DNA from: Adineta vaga
Lineage: Eukaryota; Animalia; Rotifera
Length of the DNA stretch: 64,000 nucleotides
Reading direction: 5' to 3'
Assembly (NCBI GenBank): GCA_021613535.1
Contig: CP075492.1
Span: 9,114,001-9,178,000 of the forward strand
Positions 1 through 12,600 of this stretch are shown here, piece by piece. Each line of letters starts with the position of its first letter. Positions within the stretch are counted from its first letter, which is position 1. Under the pieces are notes generated by a model. The model saw nothing but the letters and a program-made list of their open reading frames with translations. It made no database searches and was not told where the DNA came from. The position numbers were made by a program, and so were the translations under genes.

Positions 1-574
1 GCCATGTTACACGTTCTACTTTCAATAAACCCGTTGTAAACCATGTTGCAAGTAAATCTTGAAGATTATCACTCATTCGTTTGCCATACTCATGTGATTC
101 TTAAAAAGAAATTGTCCATAGAATGAAAAAGATGGAATGACATGGTTTTATTCAAACCCATTTCTGGTAAAAATTTCAATAAATCAGCACGTAGATGAAC
201 AAGTGAACGAACACCATCCGGTTGTCGTCCAATTAAACGGAATAATTCTGCATATTTAGGTGTTGTAGATGCATGAATTTTCTGACAATCTTTAATAAAA
301 TTCGTTGACGTCATTTTTTGAATCTCCAAAGCAAAAAAACAACAACAGATAAAAATCCATCGAATTCAAAATATGTATATACCTGTGTTGTTACTTCACG
401 TTCATCGGGATGATAGTCTTTTGCGATATGATCAAGAATGGCAATTTTATTATGTTTATCACTGGTATTATATTGATGAAGAAGTGTTTCGATTTTTGTA
501 TGTGCTAAAATTGGACTACGTAAAGCCAAATAAAAGATTTCATTTGTTAATGTTCGAATTATTTTTGTATTCAT
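1..574 (-). CDS. MLYCD: Malonyl-CoA decarboxylase, 5' part (spliced; runs off the left edge)
   Basis: Exons translate to PKYAELFRLIGRQPDGVRSLVHLRADLLKFLP and MSDNLQDLLATWFTTGLLKVERVTW, matching MCD motifs (GGVRFLVQLRADLL; WFSSGFLNLERVTW). Confidence 0.88.
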
Positions 575-804
575 TTCTATAAGAAAAGATTATCAAATAT
601 ATTCATCTTGATATTCAAATAGTGCTGATAGTAAATAGAATCATGACACTGTTAAAAGATAGATGAATTTATTGTTATTGTAGAATAAAAGTCAAATATT
701 ATCACATAAAATACTTAAAATGCGATCACAAACGATAAAATAATTATCAAAAAAAAACGAATAACAAAGGAAGACAGTATCTAGTAAATATATTTGTGAG
801 ATTA

Positions 805-2769
805 TTAAAGAGGACTTTGATTGAGAAATTGATTCTTCGGTGGTTTTTTGCCAATACAGAAGACATTAAAACCAATGCTCACCAAATGATCATGATCAAG
901 TATAAGTCGACCATCGAATAAAAACGAAGGTTTTTGCATTGTACTATAGATTAATTCATAATCTAATTTCTACAAAAGAAATAAAGTTAACGAAATAAAA
1001 AGGTTAAAAAGAGATTTTTACACTAAATTCATCCCATTCAGTACAAATAACTACAGCATGAGAATCTTTCGAAGCTTCATAGGGATCATTTGCAATTTGA
1101 ACGTGATGTCGTACTAAAACGACAAGAATACTATCGATATGTGTTTGAACGATAAAAGTCTCTTTTACATTCTCGTTCACTTAAACCAGTTTGTTCGGAT
1201 AAATCCAAATGAATTCGATTTGATGTTACTTTTGGATCGTAAATATGTAATGATGCACCTTCAGCAATTAAATATCGACAAACATAAATACTCGATGATT
1301 CACTTTAGAGAAAAAAACCCAATCATTTCGATTCGAGAGAACAAAAAAAATATTTACCGAGTATCAGCCGTATCTTTTTTAAAAGCAAAACCATAAATAG
1401 CTATTTTTTTACCACTAACACTTCCAAACAAATTCTGAACAATCATTTGTGCAAAACGTTCACGTTGCCAATCATTGACTTTGATAACTTGTAACCAATA
1501 TTGAGCAACTGGTTCAAGTTTTAAAGATTCAGCCAAATAAATTAAATTATAAACATCCTTTTGAAAACAACTACCACCAAATCCTTATATTTTCGAATTA
1601 ATAGAATTATTTAGGTAAAGAGAATTTACTCCTTACCAATACTAGCATTGAGAAATTTCGGTCCAATACGTGAATCAAGTCCAACAGCTTTAGCTACTTC
1701 ACTTACAGATGCACCTGTTGCTTCACAAATTGCAGATATTGTATTAATACTTGATATACGTTGAGCAAGAAATGCATTTGCTACCTAAAAAGAATTACAT
1801 CACTATCATTATACAAATGATCACTTACTAATTTTGATAATTCTGACGACCATGTGTTTGTTGTAAGAATTTTTTCTTTCGGAACCCAATGTTCATAGAT
1901 CCAAGATAATTTTTTGATTGCTAATGATCCTTCAATTGTTTCATCGCCACCAATTAGTACACGATCAGGTGCTAGAAGGTCATGAATAGCTGAACCTTCA
2001 GCAAGAAATTCAGGATTTGAAAGAACTTGATAACTAACACCACGTTGTTTATTTGTTTTCAAGATTGTTTTGATTGATTCACATGCTTTAACTGGTACAG
2101 TAGATTTTTCAACAACAATCTTATTGTTTGTCGATATATGAGCAATTTGTCTAGCAGCTTCTTCAACATACCGTAAATCAGCAGCACGACCCTAATGAAA
2201 ATACAGAAATTTATCTATTGAGTATTTCGAATTGAATTTACCGTGCCAAATCCATAGGATTTTGTTGGTGTATTGACACTAATAAAAATCAAATCAGCTT
2301 CTTGAATGGCTTTTTCTGTATCAGTTGAAAAGAATAAATTTCGATTACGAATTTTTCGAACAATTTCATCCAATCCTGGCTATAAAATAACTTTTTTTTT
2401 ATCAAATTCAAATAAAAGAATTCATCTACCTCAAATATTGGTAAAGCATCGGAATTCCATGCCGATATACGTTCATCACTAACATCAACAACAGTTACTC
2501 GAATATGCGGACATTTACTTGCAATAATTGCACACGTTGGACCTCCAACATAACCAGCACCTGCGGGTAAGAGACATATTTTTATATAAAACTCATTATT
2601 TTAATCAACTAGATCTTTTTCTATACCAATACAACATATCCGAAATTCAGGTTGATTGGAAGATACATTGGAATCGTCAATATCTAGATCGATCATTTTC
2701 ATAAGAAAATATCAAGCATAAATATCTACCTGAAGATGTAGATTCAATGTTTAGTTCATTGCTAGTCAT
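805..2769 (-). CDS. UGDH: UDP-glucose 6-dehydrogenase (multi-exon)
   Basis: [14 protein letters not shown] Rossmann motif, [59 protein letters not shown] catalytic Cys motif, [19 protein letters not shown]; stop TAA at 805-807. Confidence 0.97.
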
Positions 2770-3575
2770 ATTTATCACAAGAGAAGGTCTGAAGAATAAA
2801 CAAAATGTGTGATATACCGATAATCGTTGTATACAAAAAGAAATGAAGTCGATCGATAACAAAAGAAAAGGAAAAGGTAAAATCAGTCATGACGACAAAA
2901 CGAATAATATAACTCATTTATTTGCTAACGTATTCATCATTATATTATATTGACTCGTTGATCAAGGTCTTTTTCCTCTAATGAAATAGTTATTTGATCT
3001 AAAGTTCGGTCCAAGAAAAGGTAAGAGTTGATGCTCAAAAGAATATCACTATGACTCGCGATTGCGATGAATTATCCGACAAAATTTACTCTACCAACAA
3101 GTTCTAACCCCTGAAGATGTCACCGAATGACTCAATCGTTACTCTTGAGTTCTAATGTAAAGAGAGTATAGTATAATTTATATATTTATTTTAGAAAAAA
3201 ATAGTTGAATTACGAATGAATAATATAGTAGACACACAAACCAAAAAGATTAAGTATAAACAAAAAGAAAAGAAAAAGAAAGAAGGAATTAGATAATCAT
3301 ACCAAACACGATGCAAAACGTAACAATTGTCTGTTCGTTTCTTTTCAAGTAATAAGAAAGGAAAACACAAATAAACTACTGAATGGTTCTTTTGTATAAA
3401 GTACAGAAGAGAAAGAAAATAATTGACTTCTTCATCTTAAACGTTCAAGTAAGTAAAAGAAGTCAAATAGGAAACGAAACTTTGATTATAAATAGATATG
3501 ATTAGAAGGTTTTCTTCGATAGAGAAGAAAATCCATCTATTATAATCAGTAATTACAGAGATAAAGATATGAATG

Positions 3576-3597
3576 CACACACACACACACACACACA
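3576..3597. repeat. (CA)n microsatellite
   Basis: About 11 CA units seen directly, 3' of the giant minus-strand gene. Confidence 0.85.
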
Positions 3598-3691
3598 AAC
3601 GAAAGAATCATTCAATTCGATGTTCATTCACATGCAAAGACAATACCAAGAGAAGAAATCATCTGACATCCATGTATTTTGGATTATTTTC

Positions 3692-6600
3692 TTAATGATT
3701 ATTATAATTATATGATCGAGATGCTGAATGTGGACGTTGTTGAAAATTTCCATTGGTCCAAGATTGTGAATCACGTTCATCATCATCATCTGTATATGGT
3801 CTAGAAGAAGAGTATGCTTTTCAAATATTTGACTTTCTATCTTCCGTTTTCGTCTTACTCAGGTGTATTTGCATTTCGTTTTCTAGCAGCATTTTTTTGT
3901 TTAACTTGTTTAACTGATGCACGATTACGTTGAACTATTTGTGATTGTCCATTCAAACGATTTTGTTGTACAACCATATTTTGTATTGAACCATAATTTG
4001 AATTAGGACTCATTGAACCTGATGTACCATAATCAGCTAAAATACCTGAAGATGTTAATGATTGAGATGGTCGAGCTGTTGTTGATGTAACCAAATGTGT
4101 TAATGATGAGGATGAATTCCAATTTGGATTAGAATTGTGATTGTTATTATCATTGGTATTGGATGGTTGTTGATCAGTTGGAATATGTTGAAAACCAGTG
4201 GATGTAAAACGTTCATTATATTCGTTTGGATTTAATTCTAATTGTTTTCGACGATTGTATGTTGAAGATGATTTGGAAAAATCATATGGTCGAGAATTGA
4301 TTTGAATATCAAGATTATTGTATAATGCATCAATCTGATCGATTGTTTCATTAAAACCCATGGCATTATTTGATGGATGAGTAAATCGATGAACTAAATC
4401 ATTGACTTGATCGAAACGATAAGCTTGATCAGTTGTTTTGGGATGTGGACGTTGTGGTGATGGTGAAAACGAATTTAAATTACCACCACTTGATTGTTCA
4501 TCACTTGAATAGTTTGTATTATGACCTTGTGAACGAAGTTCATCGGAACTAAAATAACCTGACGAACGATTTAATGAACGATCCGATGCATGAAAATCAC
4601 TATTGATTACAACAGTATTTCCAGGTCGTACAGCAATATTTTGTATGCAAACACGACCATCTCTTGATGTTGTGACAATTGCACGTGAGCTTTGATCAAG
4701 TGAAACGATTGTTGGTTGTTCAGGATATTGTGGTGGACGTTTTTCAATTTCAATTTCAAAATCTAAATTATCAAGACTACGTGAACGATAGTGTGTGTGT
4801 GAACGAAGTGTCATATCAGGATCGGGAGAAAAGGATCGTTGTTTTGCTTGCATATTTTGATCGTGTGAGGGTGATTGACGTACGGTTGAACGAACGGCGT
4901 AATTTATTGGTGATGCACGATTATTCGTAGTTTCAATCGTACCTGTAGGAAAAAAGAAGAATATACATGGGTTAGTGTTTCTGTGAAAGAATAACAATAA
5001 TTAGTATCCTAAAAAAGCTTAGAAGAAAGATTGCACCAATGAAGACAATTACAAGCGAGAAAGAAAGAAATATAGGTCTAGAATGATTTCTTTTTTTTCA
5101 TGAAAGACAAATATATATATATGCGTGTGTTTATTCATAATATTTGATATTACTTACCGACTCTTGCTCGAACTTGTTGTTGATAACCTTGAGTAATAGG
5201 TGAAGATCGATAATTTGTGGAATGTGAACGTTGATAACGTTCGTTTTCAGATCTGAATTTTTCGTTTTGATCAAGATCATATGTTCCTTGATGTATCGTT
5301 GGTGGTGGACTTGTTGTAAGAGTATTCATTTCTGGTATACGAACTGTAGCAATGATTTCATTGGAAGGATTTTGTTCAAATGTAATTTGAGTTTGTGTAT
5401 TTAAGGATGTCATTTGTGAGAGATGTGGACTAGTTTGATATGTTTGTGTATGAGAATGTGAAGATCGAATGGATTCTTCCTCGTTCGCTGGAATTGGTTC
5501 ATAATATTGTGGTTGTTCTCGGATGACAACACGTTTTAATGGAGTTTTCTCATCCGATAAATTATATGTTGGTCGAGTTCGTTGTGGTGAACCTAATGGA
5601 CTAGTAGTTGCTTGTTCAGTTCTTGTTGTTTCATTGATTTCATGTTTTCGTTGTACTTGACATTCAACTTGAGTTTCGGTTTCGATTGTTTCAATTTCAT
5701 CGACTACTAATGGTTTTATTGAACGAGATTGAGTTGTGATAGGAACTTTTCCTTGTATATCTAATCCATGACGATAAATTGTCGGACTTTCATAACCTGT
5801 TGGTCCTGAACGTGTTACTTGTCGACGAACAGTTCGTTGTTGTTGCTGTTGATTGATAGGTTCAGTAGTTAAAAATCGTTCGGATCCATATCGATAAGTG
5901 GATCGTAATGGTGAATCATCAAGATCAGACACTTGTCGTCGAGTATATGGTGAACTTGAACCTGTTCCTGTTGTAGCAATATAAACACTACCATCACGTG
6001 AATGAAGGGCATCGTCATTAATTGATGTCGAAACATTATTTCGCCATGAACCTGCACTACTAGGATATTGATAACTTGTTCCTGTTCGATCGAATACACC
6101 AGAATCTGTAGTAATATTGGATTTATTTCGTTCATAAACTACTGATTTTGTTGGACTTTGATATGTATCAGGTGAAAGTTCAATCATTACACCTTTACCT
6201 AATTAGACGAAAATAAAATGTCAAAAGGTTGAACCGAGAAAAGAAAAAAAAGTATACCTCTGCTTGATGGAACATGTGAAAGCATATTTTCCATACTTGT
6301 TTCATTGAATCTTGTAGTTGATCGTTCCATCACATGATTTGTATCATTGTTTGGTAATGAACTTTGTGGCAAGTATTGAATACGTGTTTTTGAAGAATGT
6401 CGTCCAAAACTTCCTTTTGGTTCACTTAATTCATCTTCACTTTCATGACCGAGATCATCATCATAAGTTTGTTTTATTGTTTTTGGTGTACTATGATACA
6501 TTGGTTGTGATGGTCCACCAAAATCCGAATCAATCGATGAAATGAATTGTTTATTATTCAATTGGATATCAATAGATGTTTTTTCAGGTGAAGATTTAGA

Positions 6601-9600
6601 AGCATTAGAATCAAGAGATAACTTAATGGCATCAATACCTGTTCGACCAAGACGTTCAGTTGATTGAACACGACTCATTGATGTAGCTTCCGTATTTTCA
6701 AATCGAGAGATTCGATCATTAACAAGTGAGGGTTCTCTCGAAACAGTATCCGTACGCTGCTGCGTCGATTGAAATTCATTGACCTATTTTATATCAGTGT
6801 GCAATTTTGACTACCTTAACAATAATCCTCTTATTCTTGATCTAATCTATGTATGCTATCCCGAAAAGAAAAGAAAAAATCTACTTTTCCACTCTGAATG
6901 AAGTAAAGAAAGCCAACTTCATAGTAGCGAAATAGATATTAATTCCCTCAAAGCATCTGAAAAAACAAAATGAAGGAATATCTTACCGGTCGTTGAGTCC
7001 ATCCTCGATTTGTTTGATCTTGTGTTTCAAAAATTTCTCTTCGTTGTTTTGTTAAACCTGTTGATATTGATCCAATATATTTTGATGGCTCTTCTTTAGA
7101 TTGTTCACTGTTTACTGCTTCAAATGTATTTCTCAATACACCTACACGGCTTAATGTTGGTCGTTCGGTTTGATTCATTACAATTCGACGTTCATCCAAA
7201 GTTGACGATGAAGAAGAAGAACGTTTTGGTCGTTGTATATAATCGTCGTCAATTGTCGAACTTGAAATTGTTTTCTTCGGTGTCTCATACTAAATTAAAC
7301 ATGCAATTACTACATTGAAATATCAAACAGTGGAAAAACAAAACAACCGTTAGTATCAATATCAAACAAACACTAAAGAAAACATGCACACGTGCAACAC
7401 GATTGTTATCTCAATCCCTAACTTACATCAGCAAAATATAGATTTCTTTCCTTTTTATCTTCATAATCATCAAGCAATGAACGATGATACTGTTTCTCTG
7501 GTGATGAACTTCGTGATATACGAACGAGAACCTCTTTTACGGCATGTCGTGACGAAGGTGATGGTTCAAATTTTCGTTGACTAGGTGGTGTTCTATGCTG
7601 TGCAGATATTTTGATTTGAACTTCTTTGAAACGTTGTTGAGAATTCGGCGGAATAATCGAAATTTTTTGAGCAAGATAATTACCATTGTTTTGTTTTTCA
7701 TACTATAGGGAATAGGGTTTCTCCTCACTCGAAGTCATATGTATAATATAATTTAGGAAAGGAAAAAACACAAGAAAAGGTTTCTTCTTTTCTTTATTTA
7801 TCTTACCTGCTCGTATTGAGTATCCGATGAATTTGACGAATATTTTTCACGTAATTCATTTCGCCACTCTGAATTTCGTCGGATTGGTGATGTCTGATCG
7901 TTCATATCTTCGTGGCGGTTAGTTGTTTCAAATTCAATATGATATTCTTCACTAACATTATTTTCTTTTGATGGAGTAACATATTTTACTGATGGAGAGA
8001 CGGTTTCAGCATGACGATAATCGCTTGTTGTTGTTGTTACAGTTCCGGGATATACTGAAGGAATAGGAGAGTATCGAGTAGGACGAGCATGATTTGATGT
8101 TGTTTGTCCATCGGATTCTTGTACAATAACAGATTCATAAACTTCTTCTGAAGCCCATTGTTGATCTTTTGTTGACGACGTCGTCGTCGTAGGTTTAAGT
8201 ATAGGACGAGGAGGAGATTTTTCAAACTCCTCATGTAAATGAGTTTGTACTTGATCAGTATGTACTAATTTACTCGCGGGTACACGTCGATGAACCTGTT
8301 TAACAACATCATAACTTTTATGTCCTTTAATACGAACATTTTTTCCTTTATATTCTTCTTTAACAACATCTCCTTTAATTCGATCACTTGTTTCATCAAT
8401 CGTTGTACGAATTAATTGTTTCGTATCAGGATCATATTCATCTGTACGACGACATTTGAATCGTTCACTCCATTCTTCGAAAACAACTTCTTCACTCGAA
8501 GTCGATTTCTCATCTTCACTTATATGTTCAACAATTGTTTCAGGCACAAGAATTGTATCATCTTCTTGATTATAAATATTTGAAACGACATGTGTTTGTT
8601 TAGTTTCTTGTATAAGTTCATTCGCCATAGTTTCATTTTCATATTTATATTTTGAACGATCTCGATATTGATCTTCACTATCCATGTTAACATTAACATT
8701 TTTCTCAACGGAAACATCTTCATAGACAGGACCAGATTCTGTTGCAGTTGGTGGACGAACTAAATTAAATATACAACGTATATTTTATTCAATAGAATCC
8801 ATATAATTCAGAAGTATCATATAGTTATATGTATAGTTTTCTAATTGAATTCTTTCATTTCTCTTACTTCGATATTCAACGGTTAATTTAATTGAAGCAC
8901 CACGTGGTACTGTTGCATCTGCTTGTAATTCAATGGTTTTTTTCGTTGGTGATGTAGTCATAATTTAACCCAAAAAAAGAAATGAAGTATGCAGCGATAG
9001 ACGAGTAAGTAAAAAGGATTTATAACCGTAGTACGAGTATAACAGACATTTAGGGTTTTTTCTTTAATTCTTGCGTAAAAAAAATCGAATGAATATGTAA
9101 GTAGGAGAATAACTAGTAGATGCAGCTCATCGTCAATCGACGAGCAGAATCAAATACGAATGTATTATAATAAACAACTACTTGTTGGAGCAGACGTCAT
9201 GAAAATATAAAAGAATGAAAGAAAGCAGAAGATTCATTGTTTCTTGATACCATGCACAACGTTTATTTTATGATAATAAGCAGAGAGAGAGAGAGAGAGA
9301 GAAAGAAAAAGAGATGATTTGATATCTTTTTGATTTCAATACATTCCCATCGACGATTGATTACCTTTTTTTCCTTTTCGTTCTATGGAATTTAATAATG
9401 GGAGAAGAAAAAAAAAGTAAAAGTGATGCTTATTATATTTGCCAAAGTTCAAAACTTTTTTTCTCTCAACCGCAATAATCGAAATGAATCTATATTTCAT
9501 TTTTTCTTCTTCTTCTCTCTCCTCTTCTCTCCCTTTCTTAAACGAGCACCATACATACCAGCAAGCAAGCAAGCGTCAAAATATCGCCAAAGGCTGTAAT

Positions 9601-12600
9601 GACGATACACGAATCATTTAAATTATGCTGATTCTCTTCATTTCTTTTTCTTTCTTTCTCTCCTTCATCGAATTGCATTACTTGTTCCGTTTCTTACACA
9701 AACAGAGCTCAATAGCGGTTCGATACTCTTCAGCAAGCCTTATTAAAATATGTTGTCGACTTGTTTCTATTATATTGAAATGCGAAAAAGGTATTTTATT
9801 TTGGTGTTGTCGCTTAAAATGAAACGACCAAGAAGAAAAAATCACGAGAAAAAACGTGTGAAAAAACACCTTTACAATCATGTGCATTCACTAATGACTG
9901 ACCTGTCGACAGTAGCCTTGCCCTCCTTACATATACATATATTACATGAACGAACAATAAAAAAAGAAAAGAATGAGAACTATCAATTTGTTCAAACGTA
10001 TTTATATATATATATATGATTTTTTCAAGGAAAATCTATTAGGTAGTCATACACACAATGCCCTTGCCTCTTATGCATGTCATTTGAGCTGCTTCGTTTT
10101 TCTTTCTTTTTTTTTCTTATTCTATTATGGAACATAAAACGACCTTGAAATTTCATAATATTGATGAAAGAATTGGCCTTCAATCTTAGCTTTTTCTTTT
10201 CTTCTTTTTCCTCAACTATTAAAGTGATCTTGTCGAAAACAACAAATACTCTGACATTTTACATTTTAATAGTTATTACGTTCTAAACTATAACGGTGAA
10301 ACAGGATCATATCGTAATCCCTAGTAGTAGTTATTCGTGTTTTTTTTCATAACCAGAGAAACTTAATCTTGACATTCTAATCGGTATCATCATCATCTGA
10401 TTGTCATGAAGAATCGGATGTATTTCGAAAGAATAATATCTATGCTTAGTGTGAATATGTTTGGATTATTCGACGCAAAGAGAAGAGGAGAAAACGAATA
10501 AATAATCATAATAACTAAATTGATGGAAAAAAAAAGAAAGAAGAAAAAAAAAACAAAATAATTCAATTGGAAGTCGCTGTTCAAGGTGAAAATAATTGAC
10601 AAATATTTATGTTTTTTTTTTCAACTGAAAAAGTGAAAACCATGATGAAAATATTTCTTTCAAATATAAATATTTCAAGGGTTTCAATCGCTTCAAAATG
10701 ACAAGACTCCTTTTTTTGTCTTCTATTCATACCTGCAATGGGTATCGTTGGCAAGTAACTTGATTTACCATATTGATTTTCAATTGTAATCTTACCAAGA
10801 TTTTCTTCCATAAGTTTTATTTGATCACCTTGATTTAATTCATCATCATCCTAAATAATCAAGATATATTTAAATATATCAATATTCAATTGGTCATTCT
10901 TCTGAATAACATGTTCAATTTGTATTAGTCATTTCTATTCTTTTATATTATATTGAAATATACATCACTAATCGAACAAGGTTATTAGACCGTTCAATAG
11001 AATGTATACAGTAGTAAGATGATTATCGTTCATATGTATAATACAACTCTTTCGTTTGCATGGTCTTTTCAAAAAAAAAAAGAAAAGAAAAGAGATGTAG
11101 GAACAAAGAAATACGAGAAAGAAAGATGATTATGTCTCGACAGTACATATATATATATTGGACAGCGGGATACTGTCAATCAGTTAAGAAATATAATGAT
11201 GTTAGTATTGACAAGAACTCGGCCTCTTTTTATTATACGAATGAATATATGTACATTTTTCATTTAATTATTTTGTTTTTGAAATCCAAAATGAATGGGT
11301 TATTTCCTTTGTTCGAATTCATACAAGAAGATATGATATCGATTAGATCAAAATGAATTAAATTTCTTGTATATTGATGATCGTAGTATAGAAAAAGATT
11401 TCAATAGGATAGATTATGTAATGGCAATAGATCTTGTTATGTTAAACATAATAATGATCTATTTGTCCATTTCGATTAATCGAAGAAGAAACAAAATCTA
11501 ATGTATTAGATGAAGATAGTAACAAAAAGTGAGAGAAATAAATCTAACAGTGAAATTTTGTGATGTAATCAATATCTCAATAAAGCTCATCTAATATCCA
11601 ATTCTCATTTCAATACAAGCAGTATCATAACGGATAACTAAGATATTATCGATGGTTTTCTTTCTCTCTCATTCAAAATTGAACGATTGCTCAGTAGTTA
11701 AACTCACATTAATTACGCATGCTATAGTAAATGATCTATGAGAATATTCTCACATGTTTTTCGATCAAATTACAATCAGGAAAATACACTTTTTTAACAA
11801 AAATTTTTGATTAGAATCGAATGAATGAATATGTGTGATGGTAATAAGCATTAGCATATTGATTAGTAATAGCAGTAGAAGCAGAAAGCATGAATGCTTT
11901 TATTTTTTGCTGAATTTGTTAACAAATTTTACCTCAATATTTAATAGATTCAAGGAAAAATTCTTCTCATTCTTATTGATGATTTCTGGTTGATTGATTT
12001 CTGCATAGCATACTTCAGGAAATGGATGTAATGGTTGGACATGATAATGTTCTATATAACTTGGTGAATCCAATTTTCTTGTTAATATTTGAATATCTTC
12101 TTCGTATTCGAGTAGATCATTTATTTGAGCGAATGCTAATATTTTTGGTTGTTTTACTTGACATTCAGTTGATGGAAGAATAGCATCTTCATGAGTTTTG
12201 GAAACAAGAATATGTGGTAAGATATCAGGTGGATGAAAAAGTGGAAAGTCATGATGAAAACTCATTCGATAGACGTATATTTCATTGATAATAGGGAGGT
12301 GTAAATATGATGGTTCAAAAACAGGACATAAGGGTTTTTGGACATTTTCACTCAGATCATGACCGAATTGTAAACGATATGAAGGAACAATCAATGCAGT
12401 TTCATCATCATCATCAAGTTGATTTTCATTAGCATAATGAAGATTTGCTTCTTGTCTTGGTTCTTGAGTTAGTTGATCTTCTTGATGAATTATCGTTGGT
12501 AGCATAACCATTTTTTCCGATAGAGGACGATTGATCCATGTTGGTCGTGATAATTGATCAACTGCTGAGACTGTATTTGTTAATTCATTCGTGTCATTTT

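Noticed and set aside
9336-11356. Several 60-98 aa ORFs on both strands
   Set aside because: Low-complexity Phe/Lys-rich translations of AT-rich intron or promoter DNA; only exon 10850-10769 is supported.
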